From an uncultured Planctomycetaceae bacterium (lineage in GTDB: Bacteria > Planctomycetota > Planctomycetia > Pirellulales > PALSA-1355): a stretch of 64,000 bases of DNA. Numbering within the stretch: the stretch's first letter is position 1; the number at the start of each line of letters is the position of its first letter. The position numbers and the translations under genes were made by a program. The notes under the pieces were generated by a model that saw nothing but the letters and a program-made list of their open reading frames with translations, was not told the DNA's origin and did not search any database. The stretch is from positions 160,001 to 224,000 of the forward strand of contig CAWAUV010000009.1 in assembly GCA_963785305.1 (NCBI GenBank), read 5' to 3'. Below are positions 19,642 through 30,173 of the stretch, in pieces.

Positions 19642-20618
19642 ATGTCGATTCACTTCGCTCTCTCGAATGCCAAGCTCGACGATCGAATGTCGCGACAGCA
19701 AGCGGGCCGCCGGAACGAATATGCCCGGGCCGGCTGGGGCCTCGTGGCCCTGGGATGCTTGGCAATGGGCGGTTCGCTCGGCGGCTACGACGCCTGGCGC
19801 AATCCCCCTCGGCCGAAACTCCGACTGGTCGGACCGATCGCGAGTCGCTCCAGCAGCCGGTTTATAAGGTGGCCGTCAAAAACGTGGCCGTCACCGAGAC
19901 CGTGGTTCCGGCCACGCCACCGGAGCACCCGCTGGTTCCCGCGATTCGTCTGGCCAAGGCGTCGCTCGACCATATCCATCACGATATTCACGACTACACC
20001 GCGAAAATGGTGAAGCGCGAGCGCATCAACGGCACGCTCAACGAGCCGGAAAGCATGTTTATCAAGGTGCGTCAGCAGCCGTTTAGCGTGTATATGCGTT
20101 TCATCGGCCCCAAGCGGCTCGATGGCCAAGAGGTCATTTACATGGCCGGCAAGAACGATGGCAAAATGATCGCCCATGGCGTGGGACTCAGGAAAATGCT
20201 CGGCGCCGTGTCGCTCGACCCCAATGGAGCGATCGCGATGCAAGGCCAGCGCTACCCGATTACGGAGTTGGGATTCGGGAATTTGACCCGACGGTTGATC
20301 GAAGTGGCCGAACACGACACGAAGTACGACAACTGCAAAGTCGATTTTCATAACAACGCCACGCTCAACGGCCGGCCGTGCATCGGGATTACGGTGACGC
20401 ATGCCCATCCGCGGCCGGAGTTCAAGTTCAACGTGGCCACGATCATGCTCGACCGCGAGTTGAACGTGCCGGTGCATTACTCGGCCCGCGAGTGGCCGAC
20501 TCGGGCGGGCGGTGCGCCGGAACTGCTCGAGGAATACACCTATGTCGATATCAAGATCAATCAAGACCTGACCGACGCCGACTTCGACGACAGAAACCCG
20601 AAGTACAATTTTCACTAA
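19642..20618 (+). CDS. DUF1571 domain secreted/membrane protein; indel near the 5' end
   Basis: DYTAKMVKRERING, KVRQQPFSVY, QRYPITELG and LLEEYTY..N..LTDADFD..NP.Y.F motifs. Confidence 0.82.
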
Positions 20619-20757
20619 GCGCCTATCCGACGACTCCCCGCTCTCCGTTTGGGAGAGTGTAGGGTGAGGGTTCCCGGGTCAAGTGGCTGCCACCAACGCG
20701 CGGCGGCTGTCCTCCGGCGGCTGCGCCGCCACCTTCTCCCAGAGGGAGAAGGGTTAG
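20619..20757. repeat. Degenerate MITE-A end plus REP-like hairpins between convergent genes
   Basis: TAA-GCGCCTATCCGACGAC..., CTCTCCGTTTGGGAGAG.AGGGTGAGGG and CCTTCTCCCAGAGGGAGAAGG. Confidence 0.55.
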
Positions 20758-21370
20758 GCGAAGAGCGCTCGGACACAGATTTGCGACCAAGTTTCGAAGG
20801 CCGATAGGTCGGCAAGCAGGATTTCCACCGGCACGAAGCCGGTCGCGTGCATCGCCGCTTCGCGCGGGCGGACTTTGGGTTCCTTCACATCGCACAGATG
20901 CACGATGCCCAAGTGGACTCGTCCAACCGGCGTTTCGTCATCGTTGATCAGGCCCACGCAGCGAATCGCGTGGTCGGTCTCGATGAACACTTCTTCTTCC
21001 AATTCGCGACGCATGCCCTCGGCATAGGTTTCGTGTCGCGAGGGCGCTCGTCGTCGATCGAGATATGCCCGCCGACTCCGACGCTCCGTTTGCTATGCAG
21101 CCGTCCCTCGCCCAGGCCGCTGCCACGCGTGTATTGAAACACGCTCAAGCGGCCATTGGCGTCGCGATGTTGAAACACCACATAGGGAATCAATTGCTTG
21201 AAGCTCGGGTCTTCCTCCACTTCATGCCGCGGGCGATAGCTGCCATGTTCCGGGCCCAAGAGGGCCTCGAGATAGCGGCCGGGCTCGTGACAAAACCCTT
21301 GGAAATAGCCGACCTCGCGAAACTCCGCCGTGGGCACGACCAATACCCGCTCGACCAAATGCGACGACAC
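20754..21370 (-). CDS. NUDIX-like phosphoesterase; indel near 21030
   Basis: [46 protein letters not shown] and FETWS motifs. Confidence 0.82.
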
Positions 21371-21431
21371 TCGCGGCTCCCCTCATATTCCCGTTGAAAA
21401 CAATCCCACAAGATTCGACGAGCTTCGCAAC

Positions 21432-22418
21432 TCACACATCGCACAGTTCGACGCCCTGCCACAGGGCCGCGAGTTGATTCGGGCCCTTGGGAATAAACTC
21501 TTGCCCCACATAGCCGGTATAGCCGGTGTCGAGAATCGCCTGCATGATCGGCGGGTAGTTGATCTCTTGCGTGTTATCCAGATCGTTGCGGCCCGGGTTG
21601 CCCGCGGTGTGGTAGTGGCCGATCAGGTCCTTGTATTCGCGAATCCGGGTAATGATGTCGCCTTCCATGATCTGCACGTGGTAGATGTCGAACAGGATTT
21701 TCATGTTGGGCGAACCCACTTGCCGACAGACCTGTGCCGCCCAGTCGACTTTGTCGCATTGGTAGTCGGGATGTCCCTTCATGTGCGTCGCGACGCGCGA
21801 GTTGAGCACCTCGATGCAAATGTTGACCTTCTTTTTCTCCGCGAGCCCGATGACTTGCTTGAGGCCGGCCACGGTGTTCTTGATGCCTTCCTCGTCGGAG
21901 AGATGATCGCGCATTCCGGAGAACGTGATCACATTTGGAAAGCCCGCGTCGCCCGTGGCTTCGATCGATTCGCGGAGCTTGGCGAGGCACTCGGGATGAT
22001 ATTCCACGCGATTGAGCCCGCGCACAAAGGTGTGGCTCGGTGTCATGGCGCAAATGAGGCCATTGCGCTTGAGGGTGTCGAACTCCTTGATCGGCACGAT
22101 CTCCACGCTCTTGAGGCCCATGGCCTTGGCGGCTTCGGCCAATGTGGCGAGCGGCATCGGGTCGAAGCACCAGTGACACACGGACTGGTTAATGCGGCCG
22201 TTCTTGATTTTGCCCGGCTCGCTCGACGCCGACCGCGAATTCACCGCGCTCTTGCCGGCCGATGTCGCTTCGGCGGCGCCGACCGATCGGGTCAATGCCG
22301 CGAGGCCAGCCGTGACGGCGCCGGCGCTCGCCAGCCAACTCCGCCGCGTGAGTCCCTCGGCGGGCGAAGATGATTTCGAACTATCCACGGGCGACATCGA
22401 GCGATCGGCGGGGCGCAT
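21432..22418 (-). CDS. Tat-exported hydroxypyruvate isomerase family TIM barrel
   Basis: TRRSWL Tat motif; IEVLNS, LFDIYHVQIMEGD, HYHTAGNPGR and GQEFIP motifs. Confidence 0.88.
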   Translation of the reverse strand: MRPADRSMSPVDSSKSSSPAEGLTRRSWLASAGAVTAGLAALTRSVGAAEATSAGKSAVNSRSASSEPGKIKNGRINQSVCHWCFDPMPLATLAEAAKAMGLKSVEIVPIKEFDTLKRNGLICAMTPSHTFVRGLNRVEYHPECLAKLRESIEATGDAGFPNVITFSGMRDHLSDEEGIKNTVAGLKQVIGLAEKKKVNICIEVLNSRVATHMKGHPDYQCDKVDWAAQVCRQVGSPNMKILFDIYHVQIMEGDIITRIREYKDLIGHYHTAGNPGRNDLDNTQEINYPPIMQAILDTGYTGYVGQEFIPKGPNQLAALWQGVELCDV

Positions 22419-22588
22419 GGCGAATACCTCGTGCTTGGGGCTTAGTGAATCGGGGCGGGGGGCAATGGCCGACCGAGGAAGGTTCGACTCCAAGTCGGCG
22501 CACGGGCAACGTGCTTCGGTTGCGTTGCTCCATTGTGCCAGCTTTCGGCCCGGTCGCAAGCAGTCGCCATGCCGGCGGCAAACTGTTT

Positions 22589-24511
22589 TCAACCCGCGCC
22601 CCAGCCCGGCAGTTTCGTGGGCGGGGCCCAAACCGGCGAGCCCGCGGCCTTAAGCTTGCGTTTGTAGAGCCGCCCGCTGGAAATGACAAAAAGCGTGTCA
22701 AAGTTTGGCCCGCCGAAGCAGAGCGCTTCCGCCTTGCCCGCCGGCAGCGGCATGATCAGCCGCGAGCGGCCATTGCGGTCGAAAACTTGCACTCCCATTT
22801 GGGTGGCGGAGTACAGTCGGCCATCGCGATCCATGCGCCATGCGCCGGCCCCGCTCTCGTCGGCCCAGTCGGGCACATGGAACCAGTAGAATTGTTGCCC
22901 AACATCGAGTTTGCCATCGGCCGCGACCCGATAGCTGTAGCCCCAGTGTGAGTCGTGTTCGGCCACGGCGAGCCAAAGTCCGTCGGGCGAAAGCGCCACG
23001 CCGGCTGGATTTTTGAGTTCCTCGGCGAGGATCGACTTTTCGCCCTTCGCCGAGACCAGCCACGCTTTGCCGCTCGGGCGAGTTCGCGAATTGCCGTCGG
23101 AAGCCGCCGCGCCCGGTTCGCTCCCGACGATATATATTGAGCCGTCGTGTAGAACGATGAAATCCGCCGCGGCCACGCCTTCGGCAACCGTCTGGGCAGC
23201 GCCCGAGGAATCGTAAGCGGTGATTTTTCCGGCCGCTCGATCGGCGGCGTAAATCCGGCCGTCGGCGCCGATTGCAAGCGGACCCTCGCCGGGAGCGATC
23301 GTCGGAACAAGTTTCGGCTTCGGGGGCTCGGTCGTTTCGTCGTCGACGAATTTGTACGTCTTATGGTCGGCTTGGCCGCGGAAGTAAATGGCGCCTTCGG
23401 AGTCGGCCGCGAGCGCGTTGGGCGCCACCTGGACCAAAGGCGACTTGGCATCGTCGCGGGGCAATAGCTCCTGCCAGCGTTCGCAAGGCGTGACGATGGA
23501 TTTGGAGAATGTATTTTGCGTTTCGCCCATGGTGACAGGGGCCGGCCAATCCTTCCAGAGCCAGCGCATCGCGTCGGGAAAAATCTGCGTGGCATGCCGT
23601 CCGCTGTGACCGCCCACGCCCCAGGCATGTTCGACCTGATAGCCCGAGAAACGCAGGGCCCGCTCGACGCCTTGATTGCCGTTCCACCAGTCGCCCACCT
23701 CGGGCCCTCCGCCCCACTGATCGTTTTCGCCGTCTTGCATGAAGACGCGGAGCGGCTTCGGCTCGGTCTTGCGAATGAGCACCGGATAGCGATCACCACC
23801 GCGCATGCCGACAAACGTGCCGATCGCCGTGAACACGCGGCGAAAGGCGTCGGGCCGTTCCCAGGCGAGCGTAAACGCCGCGATGCCGCCGGTGCTGCCC
23901 CCGCCGGTGCAGCGATCGTTCCCCTCATGCGACAGCACGATCGGAAGTCCGTCGGGCGTCTTGTGCTTTTCCACCTCGGGCAGCACTTCGTCGAGCACCA
24001 GCCGGGCCAATGCGTCGTTGAGCCCGTCGAATTCGAAACTGCGATTGAACCTCGGATCGGTGGGCGCCTGGGCCGAGGGAACTTGTCCGGGCGAGACGCC
24101 GATTGCGATCACGACCGGCATCTCGCGCTTGTGAATCAAATTGTCGAACACGATCGGGGCGTCGAAGCCCAACCCGTCGAGCGCGACATACACACAGGCC
24201 GGCTGATTGCCCGTGTACTGGGCCGGGACATAGACCGAGATTGTGCGCGTCGTGCCGGGAAAGACTTTCGAGTCGCTAAAAGGGAATTGAAAGATTTTCC
24301 CCCGGGGAACATCGGGCTGACGTTTTGAATCGGGGCCGGGTTGATAGTCGGCGTCGGTCCGAGCGGCCTTATCCGACGGCGTGGCCGACGGAGCGGCCGA
24401 CGGATTCTCTTGCGACCGGAGGGGCGACGCCCAGCCGCAGAAGATCGTCGCCACGGTTGCTCCCAGCGACAATATTGCGTTCAGAGACAAAGGTCGAGAC
24501 GCGCGAAACAT
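22589..24511 (-). CDS. Secreted Fes-like esterase fused to an SMP-30/gluconolactonase beta-propeller
   Basis: VYVPAQY, NRSFEFD and GGSTGGIAAF nucleophile elbow. C-terminal PAGVALSPDG, DRDGRLY and CFGGPNFDTL. Confidence 0.85.
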   Translation of the reverse strand: MFRASRPLSLNAILSLGATVATIFCGWASPLRSQENPSAAPSATPSDKAARTDADYQPGPDSKRQPDVPRGKIFQFPFSDSKVFPGTTRTISVYVPAQYTGNQPACVYVALDGLGFDAPIVFDNLIHKREMPVVIAIGVSPGQVPSAQAPTDPRFNRSFEFDGLNDALARLVLDEVLPEVEKHKTPDGLPIVLSHEGNDRCTGGGSTGGIAAFTLAWERPDAFRRVFTAIGTFVGMRGGDRYPVLIRKTEPKPLRVFMQDGENDQWGGGPEVGDWWNGNQGVERALRFSGYQVEHAWGVGGHSGRHATQIFPDAMRWLWKDWPAPVTMGETQNTFSKSIVTPCERWQELLPRDDAKSPLVQVAPNALAADSEGAIYFRGQADHKTYKFVDDETTEPPKPKLVPTIAPGEGPLAIGADGRIYAADRAAGKITAYDSSGAAQTVAEGVAAADFIVLHDGSIYIVGSEPGAAASDGNSRTRPSGKAWLVSAKGEKSILAEELKNPAGVALSPDGLWLAVAEHDSHWGYSYRVAADGKLDVGQQFYWFHVPDWADESGAGAWRMDRDGRLYSATQMGVQVFDRNGRSRLIMPLPAGKAEALCFGGPNFDTLFVISSGRLYKRKLKAAGSPVWAPPTKLPGWGAG

Positions 24512-24562
24512 GGTTCGTATATCCCTGGGGTGCGTTCGTTGCGGGTCGGCATTGTGCGACAG

Positions 24563-25782
24563 CTATTCGGAAGCTTGTCGCCGCGCGAGCAGGCCGGTCG
24601 CGAAGCTTACCGGGTCGTTGCGCTCGCGGGCGCTGGCGAGCAGATAGCGATAATCATTGGCGAGCCGCGAAAGCTCAAGCAATGTGGGCGCTTCGCGCCC
24701 GCCGCGCAACGCGCCGGGCGAAAGTTTCGCGGCGGCGGCGACCGCTTCGGCATGGCGGCCAAGCCGATCCAGCAGACCGATGTAAACTTCCGCGACCAAG
24801 GGCTCTTCCTCGCCGACTTCGGCGGCCCGTTTTTCGAAAAACGCCACCGCTTCCTCGACTCGCTCGCCAAGGAGGCGCCGAAAAAGAGGGCATGGGTGGC
24901 ATAGGCGTCGACAAATGGTTCGTCGCCGACAAATTGGAACTGCCGCGCGAGGCGCCGGCCATATTCGGTGAGCTCGACCGCCAGCCGGAGCGTGGCCGGG
25001 TCGTCGATCGCGCGGGCAAACCGAACCACGGCGGCGAGATGGGTCGTGTCGATGTGATAGTTATTGTTCAAAAACAGCCATTCGCGGTCTTCCAATAGTC
25101 GCGGAATGCTTGTCTCCGCGACTTGCGACTGCTCGCGGCGCCGAATATCGGCCGCGAGGCTTTCGAGCAAGTCGGCGTGGAGCCGGCGCACCAGCATCGC
25201 GGCCGGCGCCTGCCGGTCGGCGCGACGCAGCCCCGCGATCGAGGAATCAAACGCCGTGATCGCATTGCAAACCCCAAAATGCTCGAGCACGAGCCTGAAT
25301 CCGAGCGACGGGGCAACCGCTTGATGCAACGCGATTTCGATGATGTCTTCCAGATTCTCTTCGTTGGGTTCGAGCCGTTCGAGCTGCCGGGCCACGAGGG
25401 ATTTGTCGCCCAGCGGCCTTAGATAATGCCAAGCCGATCGCACATCGCCCTCGCCCAGGAGCAGCAGGCCGATTTCACGGCAAGCGTCTAGATAAGCGGT
25501 TTCGACTTGGTTTCGCTCGGATTCGGGCAAATCGTCGAGCGGCGCGGTAAGCACAATCGGCAGCCCGAGCCGATGTCGTGTTGCCAGGAGCAGGGCGTCG
25601 AACAGTTCGTGATATCGCTTTTCGTCGCGAAGGCGTTGGGCCAAGCCGGCGAGGAGCGATTTCGCGTCGCCCGCCGCGGCTTGGGCTTCGAGCGTTTCGA
25701 ATCCAACGTCGACCCCGGCGAGATCGGCGACTTCATCGGCCGCCGGGGGCTGGGCAGCATTCGAGGGGCCGGCCGTATCCAT
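24563..25782 (-). CDS. Conserved hypothetical helical protein; indel near the 3' end
   Basis: Long ORF with coding-like composition (GVCNAITAFD, NYHIDTTHLAAVVRFAR); the C-terminus continues in ORF 24563..24847. Confidence 0.7.
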
Positions 25783-26072
25783 GAAGCAAACTCCGAGAGA
25801 AAAGATTCCATTTTTTTGACGCTTCCATCGTAACTATGCATGCGGCGCGGGGACAGTGCCCCGGGGGCGGGCAAGAACTTCGGGCAAAACAGTATTGCTG
25901 GCAATGAGAGCGGGCAGCGGCGCGGCAGCGGGGGCAGCGGGATAAACGCGGGCTCGTATTGACCCATTTCCGACAAATTGGCACACTTCCGCCGCCGAAG
26001 ACCGGCGCCGCGATGGAACTCGTCGACGATCACACGACGCGCTGGCGATTTACTCGAAAGGATGGCGGACAG

Positions 26073-26788
26073 ATGCAACGTTGGCGACTCTCCGGATTTC
26101 AGATTCTCTGTTGTTTGTTGGGCTTGGCGGTTGGCTGCGGCCAGCCGGCCGATTCGGGCGCCCCCAGTCGCAATCCGGCGCCGGGCCGGTCGCCAGCGCC
26201 GCCTCGGGAAACGCCACGACGGGGACAGATTCCCCGGCCCACACGGTTCGCATGTTTTTGACCGCGGTTCGCAAATCCGACGACGCTGAAGCCGGCCGCT
26301 GGCTCACGAAATTGGCGCTCGAAAAAACCACCGAACGCAAAATGGCGATCGCTCCCACGGGTTCCGAGACGGCCCAGTTCGAAGTGGGCGCCGTGGAAAT
26401 GGTCGAGGGCGGCGCCCATGTCGCGTCGACCTGGAGCGATGTCGACGCCGATGGCAATCGCCAGTCGGAGCCGATCGTGTGGGTCGTGGCGAAGGAGCCC
26501 GAAGGTTGGCGAATCTGCGGACTGGCCACGACGCTGTTCGAGGAAAAACTGCCGATTGTGCTGAACTTCGAAGACCCCGACGAAATGATGCGCAAGCAGC
26601 AATATGCCGAAGCCGAAGCAGCTCGCCGAGCGGCGGTAGCGGCCGGCGCGACAGCGGGAACGGATTCCACTTCGACCCGCGCCGACGCTTCAACTGCCGG
26701 CGGCGCGGCGACAGCCGACGGCGTCGGGGGTCCGCAAGGCCAAGCGCCGCGCCCACGACTGGCCAAGCTCCGGTCGATGATCGAGTGA
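26073..26788 (+). CDS. Hypothetical lipoprotein; indel after the signal peptide
   Basis: MQRWRLSGFQILCCLLGLAVGC lipobox; body in ORF 26081..26788 (EGWRICGLA...LNFEDP). Confidence 0.65.
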
Positions 26789-27216
26789 TCGATGGCCGCG
26801 CGCCCGACGCCACGACGCCCTCGACCGCACGGCGCAACGTGCTTCGCGAGGGCAAACAACGCTAGCAATTTTGGCCTCGAGCGCGCCACGGCGTGGAGCG
26901 AGACAAATTTTTTTCGGCCGGCGACCCGCAGTTGCTAAGACCGCTTGAGCCGAAGCGCTGGGCTCGCGGCCGGGAGACTGGCGATTTTTTTGCTCCGCCG
27001 GCATCGGGCGACGCGTGCTCGCCCGCAAGGTCGGCGGCGTTTCGCAAATAACGTGCTGAACGACACTTAGATTCAGCACAGCTTCCACAATCGAATCAAT
27101 TCGGCATGACCTCGCTCTCGGGCGAGGTTTTTTCACGCGCCAAGTCCTTGGATCGCGATGAAATCTGGAGTACAGTTGTGCCGTGTCGTTAGATTGCCCC
27201 TAAAACTCCAGGTTGA

Positions 27217-27273
27217 CCCATGACATCCATTTTGTCATGGGGCGCTTGACAAGGTGCATCGCGATGCTAATTT
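27217..27273 (+). promoter_or_regulatory. Palindromic operator plus sigma70 promoter
   Basis: Perfect inverted repeat CCCATGACA-N7-TGTCATGGG (27217-27241), then TTGACA (27246-27251) and TG-c-TAATTT (27265-27273). Confidence 0.65.
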
Positions 27274-27279
27274 AGCAGC

Positions 27280-27445
27280 CTAGATTGTGCATCCGTATCC
27301 AGGCTTCCTAATCGGAAAAGCTGAAACATCGGAGCGTGAGACCGGGATCGAGCCGGGCTACGCATGCACTTTTCGAGAAGCCCATTCGACGCCGTTCGCG
27401 AGTGGGTAGCTGAGAGGACGAACGGCGCGAGTGGTTTTTTTCTTT
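27280..27445 (+). promoter_or_regulatory. Structured 5' leader ending in a terminator-like hairpin with T7
   Basis: CGCCGTTCG/CGAACGGCG and CCATTCG/CGAGTGG stems followed by T7 at 27435-27441; further stems upstream. Confidence 0.5.
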
Positions 27446-27488
27446 CGGACCCTAGTTCCGGTACTTTTTTCAGTTGGAGGATGTGAGG

Positions 27489-27881
27489 ATGAATCGTACG
27501 TTTGCGTTGGGGATCGCGATTTTTTTCGCGATCGTGGGCATCGCCTTGGTCGGCGGTGAGAAGGCTGCCGTGGCTGGTCATGGTTGCCATGGTTGCAGCT
27601 GCGGTGGTGGCGATTGTGGCGGTTGCGGCGGTTGCGGTGGTCATCACCACTGCCGTCTGTTCCACCATCGTCATCGTTGCTGCGGTTGCAGCGGCGAGGC
27701 CCCGGCTTGTGCCGCTCCGGCCTGTGCCGCTCCGGCCTGTGCCGCTCCGGTTTGCGAAGCCCCGGCTGCTCCGGCTTGTGCTGGCGCTCCGGTCGCCCCG
27801 GGTTGCGCTGGCGAAGCCCCGGCCCCGGCTCCTCCGGCTCCGGCCCCGGCTCCGGAAGCCCCGAAGCCGGCCAGTGCTTGA
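27489..27881 (+). CDS. Small secreted Cys/His/Gly-rich protein with PACAA repeats
   Basis: GGAGG/GAGG ribosome-binding site; signal peptide ending AVA; GHGCHGCSCGGGDCGGCGGCGGHHHCRLFHHRHRCC; 15-bp tandem repeats at ~27701-27760. Confidence 0.8.
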   Translation: MNRTFALGIAIFFAIVGIALVGGEKAAVAGHGCHGCSCGGGDCGGCGGCGGHHHCRLFHHRHRCCGCSGEAPACAAPACAAPACAAPVCEAPAAPACAGAPVAPGCAGEAPAPAPPAPAPAPEAPKPASA

Positions 27882-28026
27882 GCATGTGGTCAATCGTTGG
27901 CGAGCTTGCTCGTGAACGTCAGGCGCCCCGCAGCGTCTCGATGAGTTCCGAACCGGCTGGCCAGCGAGCACGATTCGCGGCGGCTTAAGGTTTCGACCTT
28001 AAGTCGGCTGAAAATCGAAAGCAACG

Positions 28027-28061
28027 GAGCCGGGCCTCCTTCGTGGGGCCCGGCTCTTTTT
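28027..28061 (+). terminator. Intrinsic terminator
   Basis: GAGCCGGGCC-loop-GGCCCGGCTC followed by TTTTT. Confidence 0.8.
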
Positions 28062-28385
28062 ACGCGCTGACCGTCATTTTTTCGCGTCGCGCGAATCGGC
28101 CAACAGGTCTTTTCGACCTACTCCGCCTCCACCAGCCCGCCGGCGAACCGACACTCGACAGAGCGCGATCGCCGGGTCTTGTTGGTAAAATGGGAATTCT
28201 GATCCATCTAGTAAAGCCCGGGTGTCGCTATCGCCGATAGCTTGCTGGCGCCGCCGGCTCGCGGTTTCAAGGATGTGCCCCGCTCGTAAATCGCCGACCT
28301 GGGAATGAAATCCTCCCCCCAGCGCCGGGATGGATCGCCCTCGACCGACACTGTCATTCTTCGCAATCCTTGAAGCAATTTCCGT

Positions 28386-29122
28386 ATGTCTCGAACTCCA
28401 GCGCAAGCGACGAGCGACGCCCAACAACCCGACGCCAACTGGCGCTCGCTGGTGAGCCTGGGCCTCGTGATTCATTTCTTTGGCATCGGCTTGGCGCTGG
28501 CCAGTTACACGGCCGCCTCGCCGCTGCAAATGCGCGTGCTCGAAGTGCTGCCCTATCTGAAGTGGCTCGACTTCGACTTTACCCATGTTTATCCGAGCCC
28601 GGCCAATCTGCATCAAACACACGCCTCGGCCGCGGATGTCGACTTCACCGCCGTGGTGACGGCCACCACGAAAGACGGCAAGCAGGTGACGGTCACGATT
28701 CCACCGGCCGATGTCTGGCCGCCCATCCGCCGCCGCCGTTACCAGGCCCTGGCCAATGTGATGGGCAGTATCGCCAGCAGTGAGGAAAAGAAAAGCTGGG
28801 AGAGTGTCTTGCCGCGGGCCTTTGGCGCGTCGGTGCTCCTGCCGCAGGGGGCGAAAGTGGGCGACATTGTCATCACGGCTCACAACCTCCCGTCGATCGA
28901 GGATCTCGATTCCTCGCAGCCGGCTCGCAATGACCCCAACGCGACCGCATATTTTCGCAAAGCTTATGAAGCAACGCTGATCGCCACCAAGGATCAAGTG
29001 AGCGTGCAAAAGCCGAACGCCACGTTCGAGGTCGCCCCGGTCGAGAAATCGCCCGGCGTTCGCGGTGGCGCCGACCCCAAACGAGCCGGCGCCGCGCCCA
29101 GCGCCGGGGAGCCAAGCCATGA
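28386..29122 (+). CDS. Membrane-anchored protein, SdpA/DUF5819-like partner of the HTTM protein (3' end uncertain, probable indel)
   Basis: Single N-terminal transmembrane helix containing His (LVIHFFGIGLAL), then SPLQ..VLPYL. Likely ATGA coupling to the next gene at 29119-29122. Confidence 0.55.
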
Positions 29123-30127
29123 TCGCCTCGTCCATGAGTGGTTATTTTCAACTGTTGAGCGAGCGCCATCGGCGCGGCGTGGAATCGGTTTTGGTTCGCC
29201 TCGGCTGGCCCGGCGCCGCTGGCGCTGGTGCGGGTGCTCACCGGAATCATCGCGCTCTATTGGTATGCGACACTCGCGCCCGACTTGCAGCGATTCTTTG
29301 GTCCCGATGGATTGCTTCCGGTCGAAACGGTGCGCGAACTCGAATTTCCGCCCGACACGGTGCGCGATCCCAACGGCCCCTTGTCCTGGGGCGCCGGTTC
29401 GTATTTGAACTTCGCGACCAAAGCCCAGGATTTGTGGGCCTTCTATGCGATCGGCTTCTTGCCGCTCGTGGCCTTCGCCGCCGGCTTGTTCACGCGGCTC
29501 GCGGCGCCGCTGGCGCTCGTGGTGGTGCTGTCGACGATTCATCGCGGTCCGCCAATCACGGGACCGGTCGAACCGCTGTTGGCGATGGCCATGTTCTATC
29601 TGGCGATCGGCCCCTCGGGCGCCTGCTATTCGCTCGACGCTTGGCGACAACGACACTCGGGGCGGAAGAGCGGCAATCTCTCGAGGCTGGCCGCGACCGC
29701 CGCGCCCTCGACCGCCTGGACCGGGGTTGTGACGCGGGCCTTTCAAGTCCACTTGGCCCTGCTCTATGCCTGTATGGCTTCGGCAAAACTTTATGCCGGC
29801 GCTTGGTGGATGGGCACGGGAGTGTGGTGGCTTCTGACCCGCGGCGACTCGCGATTGGTCGATCTCACTTGGCTGCATGCGCATCCGTTTCTGGTCAACT
29901 TCTGGTCCCACGCCACCATCGCCACCGAGTTGGCGTTTGCCCTCTTGATCTGGCTGCGAATCGCGCGGCCGCTTCTGCTCGGACTCTCGGCCGTGATGTG
30001 GACCTTGCTGACGCTCGTCACCGGACAGTTGCTGTTTTTGCCGATGATCCTGAGCGCGAATCTGATCTTCGTGCCCGAGTCGTTTCTGCTCGGCCGCGGG
30101 AGCGACGCGGAGCGGGCAGGCGGCTGA
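29119..30127 (+). CDS. HTTM-domain (SdpB/vitamin K-dependent carboxylase-like) polytopic membrane protein; indel near 29160
   Basis: WNRFWF...LALVRVLTG...FFGPDGLLP, YSLDAW and FQVHLALLY..ASAKL...WW.G motifs. Confidence 0.75.
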
Positions 30128-30173
30128 TGGTTGCTGGCGCGAGCTTGCAGTCAACGAGTCAACGGAGTCAACG

